From an uncultured Planctomycetota bacterium (GTDB lineage: Bacteria > Planctomycetota > Planctomycetia > Gemmatales > Gemmataceae): DNA of 64,000 bases. The number at the start of each line of letters is the position of its first letter. Within the stretch, counting starts at the first letter, position 1. The DNA lies in assembly GCA_963849325.1 (NCBI GenBank), contig CAWKHF010000006.1, positions 320,001 through 384,000 of the forward strand. The letters run 5' to 3'. A program made the position numbers and the translations under genes. Positions 31,367 to 40,586 of the stretch are shown here, piece by piece. The notes beneath the pieces were generated by a model. The model worked only from the letters and a program-made list of their open reading frames with translations, searched no databases and was not told the DNA's origin.

Positions 31367-32446
31367 TCAGGGGCAGAGGGAATGCCGAGTGCGAACGCGG
31401 CGAATCGTTCGGCTGTTTGCGCCGAGCGAGCGCCCGAGCTGGTCGGCGGGGACAGGGCCGGCGCTGTCGGTCATCAACGCCAGGGCGGCGTCGGAGAACC
31501 GGCACCCGGCCTGGATGCCTGCCGGCAGCGGAGCGGAGACGTGCCCGCAGGCGGTGCAGCGGAACCGACTGCGGGTGAGAAGTAGCCGCACTGACCGGCC
31601 CTGATGAGGACGGTCGATTACTTGGGTTGCCCTGACCCCGTGGCTGGCCAGCCGGGTAGCATCGGGGGCCGAGCGGTGGCAGCGTGGGCAGGAGGTCGGT
31701 TCCGTGTGGTAGCGAACGTGAACGATATAACCCGACTCCCCGGCGACGATCTGCTCGACGGTCCATCCCTCTTGAGCATAAATGCGATTGCCCATTCCTC
31801 CACGGAAGAAGGCCGCTGGCGTCGTTGCTGTCTGAGTCGTGGGATGGCCGTGGAGATGGGCAAGCCAGCGGAGGGCGAGGGGTATGCGCTGGTCCGGCCA
31901 GCGTGAGAAGCCGGAACCGTCAATACTGTCGCACCCCAGCTGGTAGGCGTGCCGGAACCGCTTCTTGGTATTGCAGCGGCCGAAATGGGTCCACTTCCCG
32001 CGGGCCTTGGCTTCGCGGGTCAGTGCGGCGGCGGCCGGGCCGAGTTTCCAGTCGGTGCTGCCGCCGATGAAGAGTGCGTCGAGTTGGTCCCACGGGATGG
32101 GATGATGGTCGAGGCCATCCTGGGCGACCAGTGCGACGGGGAGGCCCAGGGCACGGATTGCCGGCGCCCAGACGGGGAGCAGCCGTAGCGTTGCGGCAGC
32201 GTCCCCCACGACATCGGGACAGGCGACGAAGCGGCAACCGGCATTGCCGGCAATGCGGCCGAGCATGCGACAGAAGGCGGCCGGGTCGAAGCCGGTGAAG
32301 GCGGCATTATCAGCTGCCCACGGCAGTTCGGACCGGAGCACCGTCTCGACGCTGTTACGGGCACCCGGAACGAGCAAGGCCCCCAGGTGGGGCGAGGAAC
32401 CGTATCGGCGTAGGGTGGACGTGGCCCCGGAGACGAGCAGACGCAT
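31367..32446 (-). CDS. TGT/DpdA-like TIM-barrel protein continuous in frame with an ISL3-type zinc finger and HTH-like segment
   Basis: WAADNAAF, PDVVGD, AQDG, FIGGSTDWK, HFGRCN and GCDSIDGS; then CPRC...HG....VIDRP..G..V.L...R.RFRCTACG. Confidence 0.55.
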   Translation of the reverse strand: MRLLVSGATSTLRRYGSSPHLGALLVPGARNSVETVLRSELPWAADNAAFTGFDPAAFCRMLGRIAGNAGCRFVACPDVVGDAAATLRLLPVWAPAIRALGLPVALVAQDGLDHHPIPWDQLDALFIGGSTDWKLGPAAAALTREAKARGKWTHFGRCNTKKRFRHAYQLGCDSIDGSGFSRWPDQRIPLALRWLAHLHGHPTTQTATTPAAFFRGGMGNRIYAQEGWTVEQIVAGESGYIVHVRYHTEPTSCPRCHRSAPDATRLASHGVRATQVIDRPHQGRSVRLLLTRSRFRCTACGHVSAPLPAGIQAGCRFSDAALALMTDSAGPVPADQLGRSLGANSRTIRRVRTRHSLCP

Positions 32447-32550
32447 GACGGTTTCGACAGGTAGTGGTAGACAAGGTGGAAAATGCCACAGGCCGGCTCT
32501 CCACGCAACCGGAATTGTCACTCACGGTCACGTGGCAGCGTTGGCAGCTG

Positions 32551-33015
32551 TCAATCCGCACGCCCAGGGGCGTATCGCTCCCAGAGCAGTTTGGACTGGA
32601 TGGGGTGGCAGTCGTCCCGGTGCCGGGCGGGTCGGCTCCAGGAGCCGCCGCCCCGTTCGCCGACCAGTTGCCATCCGGCTGCCCGGAGGCTGGCGCCTCC
32701 CTCGCTCGGCAACGTGTAGGTGCCGATCCGCCGGTAGCCCAGGGCGAACGCCGCCCGAGCAGCGGCCCCGTACAGGAACGAGCAGGCGTTCCGACTGCCA
32801 TCGGTGCAAAGGCGGGTTACTTCCAGCGTGAGGCCGTCATCGCGGACGCGCGAGACGGGCCGGCCGATGATGGCGACGCCGACGACCTGGCCGCTTTTCA
32901 AGGCAGCCAGGGAGAACTTGTGCCCGACCACCGGCGGGTGGTGCCGGTGGTGCCGCTGGACGAAGGCGTTGGCGTCCGCCAGCGTGATGGGGAGGAGGGC
33001 GAGCCGGCCGGTCAT
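32551..33015 (-). CDS. XF1762-family protein (GNAT/Mom-like fold inferred)
   Basis: ANAFV..HHRHH, GVAIIGRPVSR..DDG.TLEVTRLCTDG..NACSFLY, TYTL..E.G.SL.AAGW. Confidence 0.75.
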   Translation of the reverse strand: MTGRLALLPITLADANAFVQRHHRHHPPVVGHKFSLAALKSGQVVGVAIIGRPVSRVRDDGLTLEVTRLCTDGSRNACSFLYGAAARAAFALGYRRIGTYTLPSEGGASLRAAGWQLVGERGGGSWSRPARHRDDCHPIQSKLLWERYAPGRAD

Positions 33016-33227
33016 GGGTCCAGAGCATACTGCTGGGCCGGCCGTGGCGCAATCGCTTTGGGGCGGCCGTTCTTTTCGGCCAGTGCTTGCTCATAGAGTT
33101 GGTAGGCCCGCTGGCGGGTGGCCTCGCTGTCGGGCCACCCCTGCCGGGCGTGTGCCTGCTCCAGGAACGCGGCGAAGGCGCAGGCGTGGAAGAGGCCGTC
33201 CAGGATTTCATCGGGATCGCCGCTCAT
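33012..33227 (-). CDS. Hypothetical protein
   Basis: ATGA-coupled on both sides within the operon. Confidence 0.6.
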   Translation of the reverse strand: MSGDPDEILDGLFHACAFAAFLEQAHARQGWPDSEATRQRAYQLYEQALAEKNGRPKAIAPRPAQQYALDP

Positions 33228-33670
33228 GGTTGGCCTCTCCTGCGGTTGTGGCTCGGCTCTGGATAAGAGCGGCCGGTGATTCGCGCAAACACTTCCTCGG
33301 CGTGTTGGCGGGTATCGAAGTCGCCGACGGCCTGGACGCCCTCTCCGGGGATGTGGCCGTACAGGGTCCAGAAATCCGCCTCGGACGGCTCACAGGGTTC
33401 GACGAACGACACCTGCGGCTCGTCCCTGTCGAGGTAGCGTCGGCAAGGCTGGATTTCGTAATCGTCGAAGCGAACCGGGCCTTCCGTTCGCTGATGAGGC
33501 AGCTGGGATGCAGTGTCCCGGCCGGCGTCGAAGGCGGCTTTCAGGGCCGTTTCGACTTGCCAAACAGCAACGTCGTGGAAGTCCAGGCTGTCCGAGCGTC
33601 GGGTTTCCAGGGTGGCGATGCCCAGATGCTCTCTGGCAATGGACGTGAGGATTTGACGGGAACGGTTCAT
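33224..33670 (-). CDS. DUF6900-like domain protein
   Basis: IAREHLGIATLETRRSDSLDFHDVAVW....AL.AAF.AG motif. Confidence 0.7.
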   Translation of the reverse strand: MNRSRQILTSIAREHLGIATLETRRSDSLDFHDVAVWQVETALKAAFDAGRDTASQLPHQRTEGPVRFDDYEIQPCRRYLDRDEPQVSFVEPCEPSEADFWTLYGHIPGEGVQAVGDFDTRQHAEEVFARITGRSYPEPSHNRRRGQP

Positions 33671-33682
33671 GGTGGAGTCCTT

Positions 33683-33952
33683 TCAGGATTGAGGGTTAGA
33701 CAGGCTCAGAAGGGCAGAGGCCCCGTCGGACACCTCGTAGGTGATGGTGCCGGCAGCTTCGTTGATCTCCACCGGGATGGAGCCGCTCAGTAAGCCTCGG
33801 GCCTCTTCGACGGGCAGCCCGTAGCCGTCGCTGAGGATTTGGACGGTGCGTTGGCGCGTCTTCCCCTTGATGCGGTAATCGTTCTGCAAGGCACGGAACA
33901 ATCCCGGTGTGTGGAACATCGGGGTACTGGTCAGTTGTTTGCGGGTGGTCAT
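33683..33952 (-). CDS. Hypothetical protein
   Basis: AAGGAG RBS; in operon. Confidence 0.6.
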   Translation of the reverse strand: MTTRKQLTSTPMFHTPGLFRALQNDYRIKGKTRQRTVQILSDGYGLPVEEARGLLSGSIPVEINEAAGTITYEVSDGASALLSLSNPQS

Positions 33953-33980
33953 AAAAACTCCTTTCGGTTGGTGATTGGGG

Positions 33981-34739
33981 TTACTTCTCGAAGATCATGC
34001 ACGCGTCATGCAGGCCGGGGATGAAGCTGCTGCGGTAGACCTTCCGCGAGCTGCTGGCCCCGTGGCTGAACCGGATAATGTCCGTACCGTGCTGGCGAAG
34101 GCCAACGGCGAAAGCAAGCCGCTTCGTGTGGTAGGTGAGGGGGACAAACCCGGCTTCTCTGTCGCTGTAGTCGCCCATCAGGATCGCCAGCTTTCCACCC
34201 GGTTTCAAAACACGGGCGCAGTTACGAATGAACTGGCCGTAGCGGCGCAGGAACGCCTCCAGGGTCGGAGCGCGGGACAGGTCGCGGGGATCGTCGGCGT
34301 AGAGCTTCTGCCGCCAGTAGGGCGGGTGCGCCCAGATGAAGTCGAACGCCTCGGCGTCGGAAAACCCCTGCGGGTCGCAAGCGTCAATCCCGCGGTGGAT
34401 GTCCCAATCCAGGCAAGGGACTCCGAGTTCCTGGCATACTTCCGAGCATGTCCCGCTACCGCTCATGGGGTCCAGGACCAGGCCGGGCTTGAAGTAGAGG
34501 AGCAAGTCCTTGATGAGATTGCCGCCGCAGTTGCCGGGGTAGCTCCGTTTGCCGTAGTCTCCAGCCACGTGGAAGTGATACAAGCTGGTCAAGTGTGGCA
34601 CCGGGCTGGCGTTCTTCGGCGCCTTCGGTAGCTTGGCGTATAGGACCTGCCCGTGCTCAGGATGGGTTTGCGGCTGGAGCGCGGGTGCGACTCGTTTGAA
34701 GCGAGCGGCCAAGAAGGGATTGATGATAAGCTGTTGCAT
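33981..34739 (-). CDS. Orphan DNA amino-methyltransferase (N4-C/N6-A type)
   Basis: VLDPMSGSGT (SAM-binding motif I) and HPPYW (catalytic motif IV); LKPGG. Confidence 0.8.
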   Translation of the reverse strand: MQQLIINPFLAARFKRVAPALQPQTHPEHGQVLYAKLPKAPKNASPVPHLTSLYHFHVAGDYGKRSYPGNCGGNLIKDLLLYFKPGLVLDPMSGSGTCSEVCQELGVPCLDWDIHRGIDACDPQGFSDAEAFDFIWAHPPYWRQKLYADDPRDLSRAPTLEAFLRRYGQFIRNCARVLKPGGKLAILMGDYSDREAGFVPLTYHTKRLAFAVGLRQHGTDIIRFSHGASSSRKVYRSSFIPGLHDACMIFEK

Positions 34740-34748
34740 GGTGATCTC

Positions 34749-35300
34749 CTATTTGTTTGTGGTTGTTGAAACGTTGGCCCAGACCCATTCCTCAATGGCG
34801 GACTCCGCGGCCTGCTGGAGTCGGATCGCCGTCAGGGGCGGGAGATCGCCGGTTTGCGCCTGGGGATAGCGCTGCACGACGACGTGCCAGAATGCGGCCA
34901 GGGCTTCTTCGGCCACCGGCCGATTCGTTTCGTTGGTTGCCTCGTGGCTCCCTTGGCTGCCGGCGAGGTAGCCGCCATAGGCTCTCCAGGTGAAATCACT
35001 GGTATCGACCACGACGATGCCGGCGTTGCCGGGACTCTCGGCTTCCATTTCGTCCGTTCGGCGAAGGTCCGCCAGCGAGAGGGCGTTGGACCATAGGCCG
35101 AGGCTCAAGTTGCCCTCGATGTTGGCGTGGCAGATGCCCACGAAGCGGGCGGCGGCGTAAGCCGCGTCGCCGAAACGTCCGTGCATGATTGCCTTGAACT
35201 GGTCCAGCCAGCGGGGCACGGCGTCGCCGTGCCAGTGCAGGTAGACGGTTGGTGAAACGCGGTTGTGGTCGAAGAAGAGGACGCAAGCTCGGTTGCCCAT
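34749..35300 (-). CDS. Hypothetical protein
   Basis: MGNRA...VYLHWHG N-terminus; in operon. Confidence 0.6.
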   Translation of the reverse strand: MGNRACVLFFDHNRVSPTVYLHWHGDAVPRWLDQFKAIMHGRFGDAAYAAARFVGICHANIEGNLSLGLWSNALSLADLRRTDEMEAESPGNAGIVVVDTSDFTWRAYGGYLAGSQGSHEATNETNRPVAEEALAAFWHVVVQRYPQAQTGDLPPLTAIRLQQAAESAIEEWVWANVSTTTNK

Positions 35301-35302
35301 AG

Positions 35303-35578
35303 TCAGATTCCTTTCAAATCGGTGGTGGATGATGCGGTGCGGACGGCCTTTCGCAGCGGCCCCTCGAAGCGGTCTCCCCGCCAGGAATTGGAGCCGAAGG
35401 CGATGTCTCCGGCGGTCAGCTTGTCCACGTCGAGCACGGCACAATGGGCTTCCTGCTCGAAGAGGATGGCGACCTTGCGGCTGCCTTCCGGCCCGGTGTC
35501 CTCGAAGAGGATGACGGCGAAGGGAGCGCCACCGATGCCGTTACGGTGATGGGCGAGGGCGATGATCTGGAGATTCAT
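35303..35578 (-). CDS. Hypothetical protein
   Basis: GGAGG RBS; HRNG..G.PF and NSWRGD motifs. Confidence 0.6.
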   Translation of the reverse strand: MNLQIIALAHHRNGIGGAPFAVILFEDTGPEGSRKVAILFEQEAHCAVLDVDKLTAGDIAFGSNSWRGDRFEGPLRKAVRTASSTTDLKGI

Positions 35579-35590
35579 GGCTGCCTCCTG

Positions 35591-35932
35591 CTACGCTTCG
35601 TCGGATTCGTCGTCCTGGTCGATGAACTCGACCCAGACCCTGGCGACGCGGCCTTCGTCGTTGAACTCCGCGTAGACGGGGTAGACTCCATCCCCGTAGC
35701 CGGTGGAAACCACGATGCCGAGACCGGCATGGCCCAGGTCGTAGCCGAACTGCTTGCAGACGGGGTACTGGCCGTCGTCGCGGAGGATGTCGCAGAATTC
35801 GCCCCAGGTCTTGCCGATGGCCTTGGGCGGCTGCTCGGTGTGCAGGATGTAGCAGGGGTCGCCGATCCAGCACAGGCCGGCGTCCACGCCGATTTCGCCG
35901 ATTTGTTTGCGAGTGATGCGGTTGGTATTCAT
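35591..35932 (-). CDS. DUF4241-like protein
   Basis: GVDAG...GDPCY...STGYGDGVYPVY. Confidence 0.6.
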   Translation of the reverse strand: MNTNRITRKQIGEIGVDAGLCWIGDPCYILHTEQPPKAIGKTWGEFCDILRDDGQYPVCKQFGYDLGHAGLGIVVSTGYGDGVYPVYAEFNDEGRVARVWVEFIDQDDESDEA

Positions 35933-35985
35933 AGCCGATTCCTTTCGGTTAGGGCGGGCTTTTGGCCCGCCCCGGTTGATCCTGA

Positions 35986-36198
35986 TTACTTCTGCTCCTG
36001 CACCCGGAGGGCGATGCGGCCGCTGAGGGGCACCACGTCGAAGAGGATGTCGAAGCCCTTGCCGTCCTTGTGGGAGAAGGCGACGCCGATCTCCGTCCAC
36101 TTCGAGTCCTTGCCTTCGCGGTCGCGGATCGAGTAGGCGATGTGGCTCGGCTTTCTCTTGGCTTTGCCGCTGTTTTCCGTGTTCGTGTTCTCAGACAT
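35986..36198 (-). CDS. Small beta-rich plasmid protein, candidate ssDNA-binding protein
   Basis: WTEIGVAFSHKDGKGFDILFDVVPLSGRIALR; AGGAG RBS; first gene downstream of hairpin copy 2. Confidence 0.6.
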   Translation of the reverse strand: MSENTNTENSGKAKRKPSHIAYSIRDREGKDSKWTEIGVAFSHKDGKGFDILFDVVPLSGRIALRVQEQK

Positions 36199-36224
36199 GT
36201 GCTTTCTCCTTGTTGAAGTTTCAG

Positions 36225-36393
36225 CCGCCCCATGCGGCCTTTCCGGGAACGCGCCGAAAGCCGCGGCAGGCCGGGAGGCGTCAGCCCGTAGCGGGCAAGC
36301 GGAAAATTGGGGGAGACCTTCAGGGGGAACCGATTTTCCGCTTGCCTGTCCCGGCGGCGGCTTTAGCGTCCCTGAGAGAAAGGCCGGGGGCGG
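36225..36393. promoter_or_regulatory. Long nested hairpin element, copy 2
   Basis: CCGCCCC/GGGGCGG, GGCCTTTC/GAAAGGCC, AAGCCGC/GCGGCTT, and inner stem GCAAGCGGAAAATTGG/CCGATTTTCCGCTTGC. Confidence 0.6.
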
Positions 36394-36665
36394 GCTGTTA
36401 CGGAGAGGGCAAGGAGAAAGCGGCGCGAGCATGAACCGGAAGCGGTAGTGTCAGAAGAATAGCCGGGACCGCTGGCTGGAGAGCACCGAGAAGAGACAGG
36501 ACGGGGGGCGAGGGTGGAAGGCGTTCCCGCGGCTGTGCGGGCCAGGCCCCTGATCGCCCTGGTAGGCAGGCGCGTAGCGGCCGGGTGCGAGCAGGAGATG
36601 CGTTCAACCGGAGGATGGCGGGGGCCGACCGGCGTAAGAAAGAAGGCTAAGATCCGCGTGCAGGT

Positions 36666-36974
36666 TCAGAGGCCCAGACGCGGGCGTGGCGCCAGTTGGA
36701 GTGCGTTGTCGAGCGCGTCGATGATCGTCGCTGTGTCGCCTCTCAGCACCGCCCTATCGCTCTGCACAATGCCGATGCCCTTGAGCATCCGGTCGAAGCG
36801 TTCTTCGCGCAGGGCGTTCCCCCGCGCAGGCACTTCAAACTCCAGAACGTGCGTGATCCCCGTGTCGTCCTCTTCGAGCTTCGACGTGGCCACGAAATCG
36901 TAGGGCTTGAGGCCGTGACGCTCGGCGAGCGCATTGACGCGCGTCAACACGGCGACATCCTGGTTGTCGATCAC
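36666..36974 (-). CDS. Hypothetical protein
   Basis: GGAGG RBS and a GTG start overlapping the stop of the response regulator. Confidence 0.55.
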   Translation of the reverse strand: MIDNQDVAVLTRVNALAERHGLKPYDFVATSKLEEDDTGITHVLEFEVPARGNALREERFDRMLKGIGIVQSDRAVLRGDTATIIDALDNALQLAPRPRLGL

Positions 36975-37414
36975 GAGTTTCCTCCCTGATGGTTGGGGAA
37001 CGGTCTGCCGGCGCCTGCCGGTCCCGGACTGTCCCTGGTAGACAGGTGCAATAACCGACTCACCCAAGAGGCCATGTCATGGGCCGTGAACGGCTTGGGA
37101 AGGAACAGCGTGGCCCCGGCCGCTTGCGCTTCCTTGGCGCTGGAATGCTCCTCGTGGCCCGAGATGGCAATGATCGGGGTGGTGGCATAAGCAGGTAAAC
37201 GACGCACCTGCTTGATGAGTTCCGTCCCGGACATTCCGGGCATGACCAGGTCCACAATGAGAAGGGCCAAGGCGTGTTCCTGCGCCTGCGTGAAGGCCCG
37301 GCTGCCGTTGGCAGCGCCCGCTACGTAGACCGGCAGGTCACGAAGGGCGAAGCGGATCAAGCTGATGATGAGCGCATTGTCGTCAACCACCAGGACGGAG
37401 GCGTTCTCCTTCAT
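36971..37414 (-). CDS. Single-domain CheY-like response regulator
   Basis: VLVVDD, DLVMPGMSG, PIIAIS, FLPKPF. Confidence 0.9.
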   Translation of the reverse strand: MKENASVLVVDDNALIISLIRFALRDLPVYVAGAANGSRAFTQAQEHALALLIVDLVMPGMSGTELIKQVRRLPAYATTPIIAISGHEEHSSAKEAQAAGATLFLPKPFTAHDMASWVSRLLHLSTRDSPGPAGAGRPFPNHQGGNS

Positions 37415-37511
37415 GACGCACGGTTCCCTTTCGCATAAAGCCGATGTCCCAGACTGCCACAGAATCGTTAAGCAATCGTTTCCTTTTGCAGACGAAGGGC
37501 CCGGACGCTCC

Positions 37512-38420
37512 TTACTGCATCCGAATCCGGAGGGAGCACGGCCCGGCGGTGCCCGGATGGTCTTCGGTCACGTTGTACCTCCACTCGCGGCGTTTCTGAT
37601 TTTCCACGGCGACGACACACGCGGGCTGTGTGCCGCTGGAGGCCTCTGAGGGTTCCTCGTTGACACCGGCCAGCCCCCGGGCCTGGACGAGACCGTTGTC
37701 GGGAAGTCCGTCATCGATTTTGCTGTCCAGCGCCGAGGCCAGGGCAGGGGTTAGGCCCTGGCTGCCGTATTGATAGGACGGCAAGGGCGTGGCCCGCACT
37801 TCCGTCACCGGCAAGAGCTGAAAATAGTTGGCTCCGCGGAAGGCGTAAACGATGAGGTACTGGCCGGGAGCGATGCGGGCGGCGGGAAGCAACGCCTCCA
37901 CCTCCGTGCAGTTGCCCGCGACCTGGCCTGACGTTTCCACGATCCGGGCGTTGCCTCGCCGGCCAAACGATCCCGATACCAGGTTGGCGTCGGAGAGATG
38001 ATGCCAGAATGACAAGGTTTCCCCAGCCGGCATGGTGGCCTCCGCGGCGCCGCCCTCGATGAGTCCGTTGCCGTCCTGATGGCCCTGGCGGCCCGCCAGC
38101 GTGGTCTCGGAGAAAAACCCGAACGCCGAGGCCCGGCTGGTAGGGATGTCTCCCGGCAACGCATTGTATTTCATCCGGAAGGTATTGACGGCTGATGTAA
38201 GCGTCTCCAGCTGGGCTACGGTAGCCCGCACGTGCGCGGCCTGGAGGAGATGGGTCATGCTGAGCACTCCTGCCGCAATCAAACCGACGACGGTGAAAAC
38301 CACCGCCATCTCGATCAGCCGGACTTCGGCAAGGCGTCGTGTGAGCGATGGCTGCGTGTCCTCTTCTGCTCCGTCAACGAGGACCAGCGGGCGGTGAACC
38401 GTGGAGTGGGAGTCACTCAT
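37512..38420 (-). CDS. Type IV pilin/pseudopilin-like protein with a degenerate cleavage site
   Basis: 'LIEMAVVFTVVGLIAAGVL' helix, AVNTFRMKYNALPGD and LDSKIDDG; lacks the canonical G|F site. Confidence 0.65.
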   Translation of the reverse strand: MSDSHSTVHRPLVLVDGAEEDTQPSLTRRLAEVRLIEMAVVFTVVGLIAAGVLSMTHLLQAAHVRATVAQLETLTSAVNTFRMKYNALPGDIPTSRASAFGFFSETTLAGRQGHQDGNGLIEGGAAEATMPAGETLSFWHHLSDANLVSGSFGRRGNARIVETSGQVAGNCTEVEALLPAARIAPGQYLIVYAFRGANYFQLLPVTEVRATPLPSYQYGSQGLTPALASALDSKIDDGLPDNGLVQARGLAGVNEEPSEASSGTQPACVVAVENQKRREWRYNVTEDHPGTAGPCSLRIRMQ

Positions 38421-38893
38421 CCGCGCGAAAGGTCGTCATCAAAGTTGCGTCGCATGTGGAGACGGCCGGCATGGCTGTGCCGGGCGGCGTCCAGGAGGAA
38501 GAGAGCGAGCCGGGTGTGGCCGGACGAGGAAGCCCAATCGAACGGGGTGTAACGCCACTTGTCCTGGGCCACGGGGTCAGCGCCTCCTTTTAGGAGCAGC
38601 CGCGCCAGGTCAAAAAGGCCGTTTCGGGCCGCCCCATGCAGGGCGGTCTGTTGCTGATGATCTTGGGCACGCAGGTCGGTGCCTGTCTCGATCAGCAGGC
38701 GGGCCAGGTCGCCCTGCCGCGCCTCGATGGCACAATGCAGCGGCGTCCGCTGCCTGTCATCCCGGGCATTGACATCGGCCCCGGACGCCAAGGCCGCCTC
38801 GGCGTCTTTGCGATTACCGCTGGCCGCGGCCTGGAAGAGTTGGCTGGTCGCTTCCTGGGGTGTCATGCGGTCCTCCTTGACGTGCCCATCCAT
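38417..38893 (-). CDS. Ankyrin-repeat protein
   Basis: GADVNARD...TPLH.A, TALHGAA, GAD...TPF. Confidence 0.85.
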   Translation of the reverse strand: MDGHVKEDRMTPQEATSQLFQAAASGNRKDAEAALASGADVNARDDRQRTPLHCAIEARQGDLARLLIETGTDLRAQDHQQQTALHGAARNGLFDLARLLLKGGADPVAQDKWRYTPFDWASSSGHTRLALFLLDAARHSHAGRLHMRRNFDDDLSRG

Positions 38894-39465
38894 GCTAACG
38901 GAAAAGGGTTAACAAACCTTTACCGCCAGCGTCTCCGCAACGCGAGCGTCGAGGTCCGCCTCAGCCGGTCCAACGAACGACACGGACCAGGCGGGTCGTG
39001 TCGGACGGGCGAGGAGCGCAAGGCAAGGCTTGCCAGAATGATCCGGATGGTGCATGGTGCGGGGATGCAGAAGCGAAAGAAGTCGAAAGGTCTTTTCTGG
39101 ATCGAAGTAGCGATCGCCCTGGTAGCTGTGGGATTGTTCACCGGCATGTTCCGGCTAGGTCTGGCCTTGCGGCAGCTTATCCAGTGACTTATCCAGTCAG
39201 TCCCAATCGGAAGGCTGCGGATGCGTGAGTGACGGAGCGGGGGCAGGCCCCGCAGCACCGGCTGCACCGAGCGGAAATTGGGTGAAGAGCGGAGGCTGTT
39301 TCCGCGCGGCCTTCCGGTCATCGCGGCTTGTCAGGATTGCGGCAGCGAAAGGCGGTCCTTGGGAACGCCATACACGGACAAGCCACTGGATGAGAACGAA
39401 GATCGTGGAGTAATAAAATGGTAACCATAACATGATACAATTTAGGAGCATGTCCAGGAAAAGGA

Positions 39466-40221
39466 ATGGTTATGGCCGATAAGATAGCCGAATTGGTGAA
39501 AGATCCCCAAGTGGCCAAGGAAATAGCGCATTTACGGAAAGTCTTGGAGCTGCCCGATTACGAAGGGATACGCCAGAAGGTTCTTCAAGACCCCGCGGTC
39601 GTTGCCACAAGGGACAACTTCAGGGCCCAACGCCAAGCCTTCCCCGCTGAAATATCCCAACTGTTAGCCGGCGGCCTTCATGAGCGTTTCGTTCCAGAGA
39701 TAACCAAAGGCAGCCGGGTGATTGACAAAGAGGCGCTCGTTAAATCCGTGACGCCGGAAGAAGCGAACAAAGAAATAAATGCGATGGAACAAGAAATGGC
39801 TGCGGTTGAAAACAGGTGGGACATGCTTGGAACCAAGCTCTCTCTGAAAGACATGAGTACGGCGACCTTTATCGCCTCGGGTATGGGCGAGGGTATGTCC
39901 TCGAAGAAGGCAGCGGTCGCACTCCAAATACTGACGGAACGTGACAATCTTGCCTACCGGATACAAGATACCAAGGAGCGCGCCATTACACCGGAAGACA
40001 AAGCCAAGCTCATGGCTCTGGATCGGAAAAATGTCGTAACGGAAGCAGAAGTCGATCTGGCAGTTACAACTCGGCTGGAAAAACTTGGTGTCCATACCCA
40101 AAAAGACCCAGCGCTAGTCGAACTGATTACGAATGCCGTGAAGAATAATAACTCTATTTCCAACACTCCCCCTGCCCCTGAGCCTAAACAATCAAGAGAC
40201 AGTGGCATAAGCCGCTTCTAA
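39466..40221 (+). CDS. Hypothetical helical protein, low GC
   Basis: 251-aa ORF with lower GC than its flanks; ends in PEPKQSRDSGISRF. Confidence 0.7.
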   Translation: MVMADKIAELVKDPQVAKEIAHLRKVLELPDYEGIRQKVLQDPAVVATRDNFRAQRQAFPAEISQLLAGGLHERFVPEITKGSRVIDKEALVKSVTPEEANKEINAMEQEMAAVENRWDMLGTKLSLKDMSTATFIASGMGEGMSSKKAAVALQILTERDNLAYRIQDTKERAITPEDKAKLMALDRKNVVTEAEVDLAVTTRLEKLGVHTQKDPALVELITNAVKNNNSISNTPPAPEPKQSRDSGISRF

Positions 40222-40331
40222 GGGACTATCCACTGTCCCCTGGCTGCTATCACGGAAACGTCCCAAATATCTGGTTGCATCCGTGCGATTTCAGTCTTAA
40301 ATACGCACTCAAACCAATGTACGAGGCAACC

Positions 40332-40586
40332 ATGTCCCACTCGAATAGCCCTGCTGACAAGATCCATGATGAGGAACTACGCGCCTTCGCTGCGGACAAG
40401 GCCGCTGGCCAACGCACGGTCTTTATCACCCTCGACTTGCCCACGAGGCACGTCGATTTCCGCACCGTACCCACTGGAGACGGTCCGCACCAAGTACCCA
40501 CTCGCGTTCGTCCCCCAACCGAGGCCGAGCAGGAAGAAATGCGCGCAGGATCGCCGAGGCTCGCGCGTTTCTCGCTGAAGTCTTGA
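40332..40586 (+). CDS. Small hypothetical protein, paralogue of 18951..19244
   Basis: Same alignment as given for 18951..19244. Confidence 0.55.
   Translation: MSHSNSPADKIHDEELRAFAADKAAGQRTVFITLDLPTRHVDFRTVPTGDGPHQVPTRVRPPTEAEQEEMRAGSPRLARFSLKS

Noticed and set aside
31367-31800. An intact ISL3 insertion sequence
   Set aside because: Only a zinc-finger/HTH-like portion is present; no catalytic domain or terminal repeats were seen.
35952-35972. GGGCGGGC-TTTTG-GCCCGCCC hairpin as a terminator
   Set aside because: There is no U-tract on the coding strand and it lies inside an apparent operon; its function is unclear.
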